Made by a program: the position numbers and the translations under genes
Assembly: GCA_043824255.1 (NCBI GenBank)
Contig: JBDRTG010000047.1
Span: forward strand, 224,001 to 288,000
Length of the DNA stretch: 64,000 nucleotides
DNA from: a bacterium
GTDB lineage: Bacteria; JAHJDO01
Direction of reading: 5' to 3'
In this document: piece by piece, positions 39,567-48,864 of the stretch
How positions within the stretch are numbered: the stretch's first letter is position 1
How the letters are laid out: every line of letters begins with the position of its first letter
The notes under the pieces: model-generated
The model's input: only the letters and a program-made list of their open reading frames with translations
Databases searched by the model: none
Told to the model about the DNA's origin: nothing

Positions 39567-40987
39567 ATCCTTTTTATTGTAATTCTATTTGCAAAGAAGA
39601 AATAAATCATTTTAAAAAACCATATCCACTCTGTTGTTGAACGAAAAGACAATAACACTTCAATTATTTTAGATAACCTAAAATAAAAAGTCCTATAGAC
39701 CTTTTTAAAACAGTAACTAACATCTTCTTTTGTTAAATCATCTATCTCAAAATATACTTCTCCTGTCTGGAAAGTACTTGACAGACCATCCTGTGTTTCT
39801 ATCAATAGTTTTCCTCTTTGTTTAACCTCTTTATATAACTCAGTACCAGGGAAAGGCACAACAATCATAAAATTAGCAAAAGTAGGATTAAGCTTTTTAG
39901 CAAAATCAATGGTGTTCATCATAGTTTGCCTATTTTCACCAGGAAGGCCTAAAAGAAAATATCCATATATTATAATGCCATGTTTTTTAGCCAATTTAGT
40001 GATACGTACCACGTCCTCAAGGGATAAATTTTTTTTAATTCTTCTAAGAAAGTCTTTACTTGCGTTTTCAATTCCAATGGCAATTCGATAGACACCAGTT
40101 TTTTTCATTTTAATAATTAACTCTTCATCAACTTTGTCTGCACGCAGGGCTTGAATATTTATGCTAATATTACGTTTCTTCTTTAATAACAGATCAAATA
40201 TTTCATGCGTTCTTTTCATATTGGCTGAAAAATTATCATCCATGATATCAAATTGCCTTACCCCGAAGGTTTTTATAGCCCAATCTATTTCTTCTATTAC
40301 ATTTTCGGGACTGCGCATTGTCATTTTCGAACCAAAAACGGCTCTACTACAAAAAGTGCACTTATGCAGACACCCTCTGCTAGTAATCAGTGGGATAGAC
40401 GGAATTTTTCTTGCTCGCATATTATAGACTTTCAGATCTGGAAGAAGATCCCATGCAGGAAAGGGCAAAGAATCCAAATCTAAAATCCTTTCAAAATCTT
40501 GAAACCTGATTAAGTTACCGTTATTATAGTAACAAACATTTTTTAAATTATTAAAAATACCCCTTCCTAGCTCAAGGTTTTGTAAAATTTTATAGGACGC
40601 TATTTCTCCTTCTCCAACAATTACACCAATAGTACCGGTTGTTCTACTTAATAGATTTTCTGGAGATGATGAAGCAAAGGGTCCACCAAGAATTATTGGT
40701 ATATTCAATTTTTTACGGATTAATTTGATTAAATGAATTGTAGATTTAGCTGTGAATAAATTTACAGATATCCCAATTAATATAGGATCTCTCTGAATAA
40801 TATAGTCTAACACCCGCTCATTTTTCATCTTTGATATATCTGCATCTAACAAACTCACGTTATAACCTTTGCTCCTGACGTATGAGGCTATATAGGCTAT
40901 ACCACTTGGGGGAGTCGTTCCTGGAACCGTACGAAAGTAAGTATATGGTGAGATTAATATCAAATCTGTTTTTTTCTTCATAGTCAT
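39563..40987 (-). CDS. Cobalamin-binding radical SAM protein
   Basis: PPSGIAYIA, GGPFAS, GEGE, SRGCLHKCTFC, MDDNF, PFPGT. Confidence 0.92.
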   Translation of the reverse strand: MTMKKKTDLILISPYTYFRTVPGTTPPSGIAYIASYVRSKGYNVSLLDADISKMKNERVLDYIIQRDPILIGISVNLFTAKSTIHLIKLIRKKLNIPIILGGPFASSSPENLLSRTTGTIGVIVGEGEIASYKILQNLELGRGIFNNLKNVCYYNNGNLIRFQDFERILDLDSLPFPAWDLLPDLKVYNMRARKIPSIPLITSRGCLHKCTFCSRAVFGSKMTMRSPENVIEEIDWAIKTFGVRQFDIMDDNFSANMKRTHEIFDLLLKKKRNISINIQALRADKVDEELIIKMKKTGVYRIAIGIENASKDFLRRIKKNLSLEDVVRITKLAKKHGIIIYGYFLLGLPGENRQTMMNTIDFAKKLNPTFANFMIVVPFPGTELYKEVKQRGKLLIETQDGLSSTFQTGEVYFEIDDLTKEDVSYCFKKVYRTFYFRLSKIIEVLLSFRSTTEWIWFFKMIYFFFANRITIKRI

Positions 40988-41237
40988 ATCCTTTCCACAT
41001 TTATAGTCATTTTCTTAACACAAACCTAAATAGATTGCCTTCACGAAAAAACATCTGAGATTACAACGTTTCGTTATTAGAAAACTAACTCTGACTGGAA
41101 TACGTCTCCTGCTTAATCTGCTTTTTACAAGACTCAGCATTGCTTTTCTACCATTATAAAGGGTCTTTATTTGAGTTAACATTGCTTCCTCTTTAACCTA
41201 ATTTGTAAAAAAAGTTGTAAAGTTTCTTAAGAATCAT
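40984..41237 (-). pseudogene. String of collapsed remnants: phosphatase 5' end, truncated radical SAM 5' end, methyltransferase 3' end, 8-aa mini-ORF
   Basis: 41237-41193 MILKKLYNFFYKLG*; 41182-41015 MLTQ...PVRVSFLITKRCNLRCFF...*; shifted frame EGNLFRFVLRK*; 41010-40984 MTINVERI*. Confidence 0.8.
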
Positions 41238-42319
41238 CGGATAGTTCCTTCCAGAAAGCGATATTTAAAGTAATGAGAAAGAGGGAAGGTTATCCTGGGC
41301 TCAAAGTAGCAGATATACATATTTGTCTTACAGAGTTTGCATTTCTTTAGTTCTTCCAATTTTCCCCGATATTCCTTGCTATAAATGGTATTCAACAATC
41401 CTTCTTTTAATGGGAAGCCACGCTGCCAATTCATTCCCGTAAGACAGGGGAAGAGGGTTCCATCCTCCTTTATTTCACAGTGATGGTAACCAAAGATACA
41501 TCTTCCCTCAAAGATTCCCCTCATGGTATTTTGAGAAAAATAATTGGGAATCTGTTTCAGAAAGTATCTGCTATTGACCACATTCTCCATGGGAAGAATA
41601 AAACGAACGAACTTTTTAATCTCCTGAATCTCTTCTCTGTTACATTTTACTGGCGTACTCCTTGTGCTCTGCCCTTCGAATACTGGATGGTCGTTACGAG
41701 GCTGGAACTTATGAAGCAGACTATTCTCCCTGACTAAGCGGCTAACCTCGTATAGGTCATGGATATTATGAGTGGAGATAATGGAATTAACTACTATAAC
41801 AATCCTGGGCGCATGTTTTTTTAGATTTTCTATCGCTCTCCATGCACGGTCAAAGGAGCCCTTTACCCCTCGAATAGTATCATGCCTTTTCTGCAAACCA
41901 TCTAAACTTATGGAAATCTCGTCTATTCCGGTCCTAGCCAATTTCTTAGCCTGAAACTCGTCTATTTGGAACCCATTGGTTACCATGTGAACATACGGAA
42001 TCTTCTTCTTGGCGTAGATTAGGCGCTGATCTAAATCCTCTACTAATAATGGCTCTCCTCCAGTAAGACTAACATAGTAACAGCCCAACCTTTCTAAATC
42101 ATCAATGATATTTCGGTAAAGGACAAGTGGAATGGTCTTCTTTTTGGGATTCCTCCAAATATTGCACATTTGACAGCGAAGATTACATCTATTGGTAATG
42201 TAGATACCGCAGGCGATTGGCCGTGGGTTTTTAAAGAGATAATAATTGAGATGCCAGAATAAGACTTTTTTGATTAAAACTCCTAAGTTATGGCTCGACC
42301 CTAAAATTACTTTTCTCAT
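41234..42319 (-). CDS. Radical SAM/SPASM(twitch) protein
   Basis: CNLRCQMC, GGEP, ISLDG; C-terminal C...DGTLFPC...CKLC...C. Confidence 0.92.
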   Translation of the reverse strand: MRKVILGSSHNLGVLIKKVLFWHLNYYLFKNPRPIACGIYITNRCNLRCQMCNIWRNPKKKTIPLVLYRNIIDDLERLGCYYVSLTGGEPLLVEDLDQRLIYAKKKIPYVHMVTNGFQIDEFQAKKLARTGIDEISISLDGLQKRHDTIRGVKGSFDRAWRAIENLKKHAPRIVIVVNSIISTHNIHDLYEVSRLVRENSLLHKFQPRNDHPVFEGQSTRSTPVKCNREEIQEIKKFVRFILPMENVVNSRYFLKQIPNYFSQNTMRGIFEGRCIFGYHHCEIKEDGTLFPCLTGMNWQRGFPLKEGLLNTIYSKEYRGKLEELKKCKLCKTNMYICYFEPRITFPLSHYFKYRFLEGTIR

Positions 42320-43497
42320 TAGATATCTTTCGTTTTCATCTCTTGTAGTTTACCTATTTTTTTCTTAACCTCTTTCCAGACCTCTTCCACCGTGATAGCT
42401 TTTAAACATTTATTGTCCTTGCAATCACTGCTCTTGACATTATAGACATTCAAGCAGGGACTGCAGGGAAGGTCTTTATAGAAGACTGAGTGCTCACTCC
42501 CTACTGGACCGTAGAGAAAGGGAGTTTCTGGCCCAAAGAAGGATACAGTTGGTAATCTTAGTGCTGCTGCTAAATGGAGAGGTCCCGAATCATTACCAAT
42601 TAAGAGATGGCAGCGTTCCAACAGAGCAATGAGTTCTCCTATTGTTATCTGACCACAGAGGTTTATAACCTGAGCAGGGAATTTTAATAGTCTTTGAAAA
42701 CTTTCAACATATTCTTTATCTTCTTTACCTCCAATTAAAAATATTCTAATATTTTTTCTTTCAAGTAATCTTTTGCTCAGTTGGGCAAAATTTTCTTTTG
42801 GCCAACGCCTATTATAAAATAAGGAGTTAGTATTAATATTCATAGAAACCAAAAGTTCAGAGTCATTAACGTGGTTCGTTTTGAACAATTTCTCAATCCT
42901 TTTCTTTTCTCTGAATGAAATAGAAGGTTTTTCTAAGGTTTTATCCTTTGTCTCAAGTCCTAAAACCTGCACCATCTTAAGGAAGATATCCATGATGTGC
43001 TTGCTATGGGCAAAAGAGACTTTTCTGGTATAAAAGCCATTCCGCCAGAACTTATAGGTCTGAAAACCTACGGTATTCCTTGAGCCGGTGAGAAAGGTAA
43101 TCAGGGCAGTAAAATTAGTAAAGAACTCAAGATCAATTGCAAGGTCAAACTTCTCCTTTCGGAAAATAAGGAAGATTTTCCAAAGACTGATGAGGAAGAT
43201 GAAAAAATTTCCAACATCCAGACATATTGTTTTATCTATAGTCTTTAGTACCTGACAGAGTTCTTTATTCTGGGATAAGGTCAAAAAGAGCAACTGACTT
43301 TCAGGAAATTTTTTCTTTATGGATTTTAAAGCGGGGGAAGCAAGCATGATGCTTCCCATTCCCCAGAACTTTATTATCAGAATCTTTCTAATCTCCCCAG
43401 TCTTTTTTGCGGGCAAGAATTTCCTTAAGGGGGATAACAGCATGCAAATCAAAGGCCCGAAATACTGGTCCATTCTTTTCATAGTATCAATCTTCAT
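42319..43497 (-). CDS. Glycosyltransferase family 9 (ADP-heptose:LPS heptosyltransferase-like)
   Basis: KFWGMGS, RRWP, GNDSGPLHLAAA, FFGPE, CSPC. Confidence 0.92.
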   Translation of the reverse strand: MKIDTMKRMDQYFGPLICMLLSPLRKFLPAKKTGEIRKILIIKFWGMGSIMLASPALKSIKKKFPESQLLFLTLSQNKELCQVLKTIDKTICLDVGNFFIFLISLWKIFLIFRKEKFDLAIDLEFFTNFTALITFLTGSRNTVGFQTYKFWRNGFYTRKVSFAHSKHIMDIFLKMVQVLGLETKDKTLEKPSISFREKKRIEKLFKTNHVNDSELLVSMNINTNSLFYNRRWPKENFAQLSKRLLERKNIRIFLIGGKEDKEYVESFQRLLKFPAQVINLCGQITIGELIALLERCHLLIGNDSGPLHLAAALRLPTVSFFGPETPFLYGPVGSEHSVFYKDLPCSPCLNVYNVKSSDCKDNKCLKAITVEEVWKEVKKKIGKLQEMKTKDI

Positions 43498-43660
43498 TTT
43501 CTGTTCCCTTGTATTTGGCTTCCATGGTCTCTAACTTCCACCATAATTCTTTCCTGTCAGAGCATCTTAAAAATCATTTTTTTCGTTTATGATAGTATCA
43601 GGAAACTCCTAAAATACAATTTATTATGCCTCCATCCTCCACACGAACCACATCTGATAT

Positions 43661-45160
43661 TTATAAAATTCGTCTCAAACTCCTCCTTAGAGTGTATAAC
43701 AGGCCTTTACTCATAATTGACTTCAAGATATTTGACCTCAAAATGAGCATTGGATTATGGAAAATCGTTTCTAACAGAGTAATTCTATTTGCCCGTTTTT
43801 TCCAACGCAGTAGATCGGAAGGCGAAAAATCCTTAGTTTTTAGTAAAGGTCTCTCCATTCCCATTAGATAATCGAAAGGTCCAATATTTTCCTTCAATAA
43901 ATAATTATTCATTTTAGCATGCTTATACAATTCAGTTCCTGGAAGAGGAACTGCTATGAAAAATATACAAAAAGCCCCCCTTCTAGCTAATTTGCGAGCA
44001 AAATTTAGAGAATTATTAAAAATAATTTCGTTTTCCCCAGGAATTCCAATAATAAAAAAACAACTCAGTGAAATATTCTCTTGAATAATAAGAGATGCAT
44101 TTTCTTCCACTTTTTTTAGCGAAAGATCTTTCTTAATTATATTACTTAAAAAAGATTGGTCTCCTGATTCTACCCCTATGGTTAATCCTAAACAACCAAC
44201 CTTTTTCATCTTCCTAATTAGAGAGCTTGATAACCGATCGGCTCTAATTCCATTGGGTACGTCCCAGTATATCGACAACCCTTCATTTATTATTTTTTCA
44301 CATAACTCTTCAACTCTTTCGGGAATCAATGTAAAATTGTCATCTTCAAACGAAATGCGATTTATATTGTAATTTTTGTAAAGAAATTTTAATTCTTCAA
44401 CTATATTGTCAGGAGATCTAAAACGCCATTTGCGACCCCAAACCACATTGCTGGAACAAAATGTACATTTATATGGACATCCCCTACTTGTAATAATCCC
44501 TGCCCACCTACTACCAGTACTAACCGAATCACGCCCGCCAACTCCATACTTAGTAGCATTAAAATATATATCTAACGGAATGAGGTGATAAGCAGGGAAT
44601 GGTAAATCGTCCAGATTTTTTATTGGTTCTCGTTCTCCTGAAAACACAATTTCATTTGTTTTCTCCTCTCTGTAATATAACCCACTGACATCACTTATTC
44701 CGTCTCCTGCACCTAATGTTTGTATCAATTCCAATGCTGTTAATTCTCCTTCACCTTTAACTATGAAATCTATATTTTCATCCTTCATAGTATCAAAAGG
44801 CATTAAGGAGGGATGTGCTCCGCCAACAAACACAGGTTTATTAGTAATTTCTTTAATAATTTTTACTGTTTCATGCATACTTTCTGATTGAGTTGTAAAC
44901 GAACACGATACTCCAAAAAAATCAGCTTTAGACTTTTTTATGCAATTTTTAATCATATGCGGAGAGAGCCCGATTCTTATTCCTTCCTTATCTATTGGAA
45001 TCCTATTTTTAAAACCTAAAGCCAGAGCATCTATTATTTCCACTTCAACGTCGTGTTTTTCAAGATATGAAGCAACGTACATAATACCTAATGGGTACGG
45101 AAGAATTATATCTCTACTGTTATGTACAATCCATGGTATTTGAATTAAGCAAACTTTCAT
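43661..45160 (-). CDS. Cobalamin-binding radical SAM protein
   Basis: PLGIMYVA, GGAHPS, GEGE, SRGCPYKCTFC, EDDNF, GVESG. Confidence 0.93.
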   Translation of the reverse strand: MKVCLIQIPWIVHNSRDIILPYPLGIMYVASYLEKHDVEVEIIDALALGFKNRIPIDKEGIRIGLSPHMIKNCIKKSKADFFGVSCSFTTQSESMHETVKIIKEITNKPVFVGGAHPSLMPFDTMKDENIDFIVKGEGELTALELIQTLGAGDGISDVSGLYYREEKTNEIVFSGEREPIKNLDDLPFPAYHLIPLDIYFNATKYGVGGRDSVSTGSRWAGIITSRGCPYKCTFCSSNVVWGRKWRFRSPDNIVEELKFLYKNYNINRISFEDDNFTLIPERVEELCEKIINEGLSIYWDVPNGIRADRLSSSLIRKMKKVGCLGLTIGVESGDQSFLSNIIKKDLSLKKVEENASLIIQENISLSCFFIIGIPGENEIIFNNSLNFARKLARRGAFCIFFIAVPLPGTELYKHAKMNNYLLKENIGPFDYLMGMERPLLKTKDFSPSDLLRWKKRANRITLLETIFHNPMLILRSNILKSIMSKGLLYTLRRSLRRIL

Positions 45161-45161
45161 C

Positions 45162-46568
45162 TTATGTTTCTATTTTGCTAGCATCAGCGGCTGTTCCTTG
45201 CTTTATTAAATAAAAAGCATTTTTAAGGTCAAAAAGAATTTGCTTAGGCCTGCGAATATCTTGTAGTAAACGTCTAAACACATAAGCAGGTCGTAAGTGA
45301 AATTTTTTAGCTCCAGTGCCTCTAAACCTATCCATATCTTCAAAAGTAAGTCCTTCGGGAATAAGAAAAGGCCAGTGTCCAAAGAATCCGTCGCCCAATT
45401 TATCCTGTATATAATCATCAATAATGCTAGTGCTTATTTTTCCTTGTTGTAAATACCAATCAAAATATCTGGTCCCAGGCAAAGGAATAGTAAGATGATA
45501 ACCAACTAATTCAATGTTGTTAAAACCCATTTTTTCCAATTTCAGTGGGTAGTTAATAGTATCCCCTATCTCTGAAACTGTTTCTTCAGGATGACCAATC
45601 ATAAAGAGCAGCTGTACGGGAAGGTTATACTTCTTGGTAATGGCCATGCCTCTAAATATTTTTTCGTCAGAAAGGTTTTTTTGCATTATTTCATTTCTAA
45701 TTCTTTCATTACCACTTTCAATCCCTACCAACAATGATATACAGCCCGCTTCTTTCAATAATTGCACCATTTCATCATCAATTAAATCAATTCTGGTAAT
45801 CATCTGAAATTTTATTTTCAATTTTCTTTCAATTATTAAACTACACAAAGAGATAATATGACTTCTATTAATAGTAGCGGAATCGTCATTAAAAAAAAAC
45901 TGCTTAGTAAGAGGCATTCTTGTTAGCATTTCCTCAACGATATTTTGAGAGGATCTGCTACGAACTACCTTACTCATCGCAGCTCTTGCACAATATCCGC
46001 ATTTATAAGGACATCCTCTTGTTCCTATGATTGGGATTATATCCCCTCTTTTAAAAATAGTATTTTCTATGCTTTCAAAAGCAGGGAAAGGTAATTTGTC
46101 CAAATCCATAGGTGGGTTTGCTGTAAATATGCCCGTAGGTTTTTCTCCTTGCAATATTTTATTTATGTGCTCTACAATAATGTTATCCGCTTCTCCACAA
46201 ATAGCACTATCAAAATAAGGATATCTATTAATAACATCAGGGTCTACACTAATGTGAGAATTCCCTAATAATATATGTATTTTGTCTTTAAATCTTTCTT
46301 TGACTTCCTTCGCTAATTTTACCGTTGTACGAATTGTGGGGGTAATAGCGGAAATGCCTAATATTTTTACTTTTTCAGATTCGCACAGGCTTAATATATC
46401 CTCTGTAGAATATGCAACATTTGAATTATTAATGGTACGAAAAGAAATATTTTCTTTTTTTAGCATTCCTGATAAATAAGAAAGTCCAATGTGATATACC
46501 TCGCCTCCTGAATTTGCCAAATGATTAGTAACACTAACAGGAGGTTGAATTAATAAAAGGTCTGTCAT
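45162..46568 (-). CDS. Cobalamin-binding radical SAM protein
   Basis: GNSHIS, GEAD, TRGCPYKCGYC, NDDS, GIESG, PLPGT. Confidence 0.9.
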   Translation of the reverse strand: MTDLLLIQPPVSVTNHLANSGGEVYHIGLSYLSGMLKKENISFRTINNSNVAYSTEDILSLCESEKVKILGISAITPTIRTTVKLAKEVKERFKDKIHILLGNSHISVDPDVINRYPYFDSAICGEADNIIVEHINKILQGEKPTGIFTANPPMDLDKLPFPAFESIENTIFKRGDIIPIIGTRGCPYKCGYCARAAMSKVVRSRSSQNIVEEMLTRMPLTKQFFFNDDSATINRSHIISLCSLIIERKLKIKFQMITRIDLIDDEMVQLLKEAGCISLLVGIESGNERIRNEIMQKNLSDEKIFRGMAITKKYNLPVQLLFMIGHPEETVSEIGDTINYPLKLEKMGFNNIELVGYHLTIPLPGTRYFDWYLQQGKISTSIIDDYIQDKLGDGFFGHWPFLIPEGLTFEDMDRFRGTGAKKFHLRPAYVFRRLLQDIRRPKQILFDLKNAFYLIKQGTAADASKIET

Positions 46569-47779
46569 TTAATTGCTTTTTCTCCAATATTTTTTATTAT
46601 ACAGTCATAAATATATTTCGCCCGCACACTCCAATCCCATTCCTTAACAATTAAATTTCTTGCTTCATTGGAAAGCTTCAAATAATAGTCTTTATCACTC
46701 AAAAGTTTAATAATTTCCTCAGCGAATTTTCCATAATCATCTTGAGCCACCTTAATCATCCCTTTAGGATAATAAGTCTTCAATGACTCAAGATCAAAAC
46801 TGACACCTGGAAGTCCCCAAGCCATAGCCTCTGCAGCTGCCATGCCGCCACTGTCATAGGTTGCAGGATGAAGCACAATTTTGCTTTGTTTAAAAATATC
46901 ATATTTTTCTTCTCTATCTCTAAAGCCATGCGATTCAATATTATCTTGTAACCCGAATTTTTCAATCTTTTCTTTCACCTCTTTCTCAAGAGAACCATTA
47001 CCTATCATTGCCAGTTTGGCCTGCGGTTTTTTCTTGCAAACCAATTTCCAGATATCAATAAGTTCTAACACTCCTTTTTGAGGATGAAATCTTCCTACAA
47101 AAACAGCATCGTATTTTCTTTTTTCAACAGGTATAACATTCCCTGAATTTGGATACTCGGTTGAAGGTTTTATATCCACGCCCCCACGAATTACCACGAT
47201 TTTGTTTCTATTTCTTTTCTTTGTCACAAATTTTCTCACATCCGGTTCGCTAGTCACAAAAACCATATCTGCGTATTTATTAACCAACCAATAAGTAGGC
47301 AACTGCATCAACCAATAAAATAGACCCTTTAAAAATCTTTTTCCTCTATAGGGAGAATCTTTTTGCCAAGGTTTTGGGGCAAAAAGATAAAATCCAGCAA
47401 TCCATCTTGCCTTTTTATTTTTAATCTTCATCATAAACGCGGGGATTGAATCCGGCCAGAAATCAGAAGCAGAGTATATAATACATGGTGATTTAAAATG
47501 ATATTTCCATGATTTCATACATCCAATAATGACCCGTGAAAAATAGAGTATAAAAAAACCGAATTTCTTAAATCTTGCAGCTGGCCAAATGATATAATTA
47601 ACCCCTGTTAAATAATTTCTCTGACACATTTCAAGCCCTTCTTCCCAGACAAAAATATTTATTTTATGCCCCATTTGCGCCCATCGTTTTGCGCACTTAA
47701 TAAATATATTATCTCCTCCACTAAAAAAAGGGCCTAATGCAGCATTAGCAATAATATTAATCGTTGAAACCTTATTCAT
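46565..47779 (-). CDS. Glycosyltransferase family 4
   Basis: SGGD, FVGRFHPQKG, YDSGGMAAAEAMAWGLP. Confidence 0.92.
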   Translation of the reverse strand: MNKVSTINIIANAALGPFFSGGDNIFIKCAKRWAQMGHKINIFVWEEGLEMCQRNYLTGVNYIIWPAARFKKFGFFILYFSRVIIGCMKSWKYHFKSPCIIYSASDFWPDSIPAFMMKIKNKKARWIAGFYLFAPKPWQKDSPYRGKRFLKGLFYWLMQLPTYWLVNKYADMVFVTSEPDVRKFVTKKRNRNKIVVIRGGVDIKPSTEYPNSGNVIPVEKRKYDAVFVGRFHPQKGVLELIDIWKLVCKKKPQAKLAMIGNGSLEKEVKEKIEKFGLQDNIESHGFRDREEKYDIFKQSKIVLHPATYDSGGMAAAEAMAWGLPGVSFDLESLKTYYPKGMIKVAQDDYGKFAEEIIKLLSDKDYYLKLSNEARNLIVKEWDWSVRAKYIYDCIIKNIGEKAIK

Positions 47780-47878
47780 ACTTTAATCACAAATTATTAA
47801 GACATCGAAGTCTTTGTTCTCATGTAAATAGTATATATGGCGTTGCCACTTAAGCCTGAATCCTGTTCATCTTTCAGA

Positions 47879-48853
47879 TTATACTCTTGCACAAAATCTT
47901 ATCCAGTCATTAGGCCCTCTCCACTCAGCTTCTAGATCTTCCAGTATCTGAGCACCCATAGTTGGCTTTCCAACAAAACTCTTTAACACCAATTCCACTG
48001 CCTGTAAAAAAGAGAAAAATTGTAGAACAAGTTTTCTTTCATAGCTAGGATGTAAATAGTGAATATTTGCTTGGGGATAAATTTTTTTAAATATTGACTT
48101 AAACTCCAGACGTTCTATTTCTATATCATCAAACCCTGTTTTTTCAAGCAAGTTAGATATGGATTTTGTATTAAAATGGAAAAGATGTAAATTATTGAAA
48201 ACACTTTCCCTTATTACCTGTTCCAAAGAGTCCACATCCTTAGGAGTATAAGGCACTTCCCCAATAAAATAACCGCCATCTTTCAGAAGCTGTTTTATGT
48301 CTTTGAGTTCCTCTGTTGGATCTCCTAAATGCTCCAGTACATGATAGGAAAATATAATATCATAGGCATTCTTATGCTGAGATAACAAATCCTGTATGCT
48401 AGTGGCAGTAGGAGTTATGTTAAACTTGTTGGTAGAAACGCTGGACTCTAATTTCGATGGCTCTACCCCTCCAACTCTTGCACCCCTTTTTTTTAGTTCA
48501 TGGAGAAACTTCCCATTAGCGGAACCTATTTCCAGAATGTTCTTGCCTCGTAAACCTATTCCTTTACTGGCTAAATAGCGAAACCTTTCTTTTATTCGCA
48601 TATTGGTGAAATACCACGAAAATAGACCGACTAAATAGGTGGCGGTTTTTTTTCGGTGATAACTTTTATACTTTAGAGAGTATTGCTGGTTATAGAATCT
48701 CTGAATTTCATCAAAATCAGGCATAGGATTAACAAACGCTAAATCGCAATAATTGCATCTTGTAATATCCCTAAGCATATTGAATTCACTGTTCACTGCT
48801 ATATTCTTAAACTCTTTGCAACCGCAGGATATACACTCAAGCTTATAATTCAT
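47879..48853 (-). CDS. Class I SAM-dependent methyltransferase with N-terminal CxxC...CxxC
   Basis: CISCG...CNYC..FVNP, ILEIGSANG, HVLEH. Confidence 0.9.
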   Translation of the reverse strand: MNYKLECISCGCKEFKNIAVNSEFNMLRDITRCNYCDLAFVNPMPDFDEIQRFYNQQYSLKYKSYHRKKTATYLVGLFSWYFTNMRIKERFRYLASKGIGLRGKNILEIGSANGKFLHELKKRGARVGGVEPSKLESSVSTNKFNITPTATSIQDLLSQHKNAYDIIFSYHVLEHLGDPTEELKDIKQLLKDGGYFIGEVPYTPKDVDSLEQVIRESVFNNLHLFHFNTKSISNLLEKTGFDDIEIERLEFKSIFKKIYPQANIHYLHPSYERKLVLQFFSFLQAVELVLKSFVGKPTMGAQILEDLEAEWRGPNDWIRFCARV

Positions 48854-48864
48854 GATTTAACCAT

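Noticed and set aside
43498..43660. Intergenic gap possibly holding another remnant (MVEVRDHGSQIQGNRK* ends in an ATGA overlap) or a small RNA
   Set aside because: No recognisable homology or stable structure by eye
47780..47878. Gap with short reading frames
   Set aside because: Could be a further scar, but no match to any family could be supported
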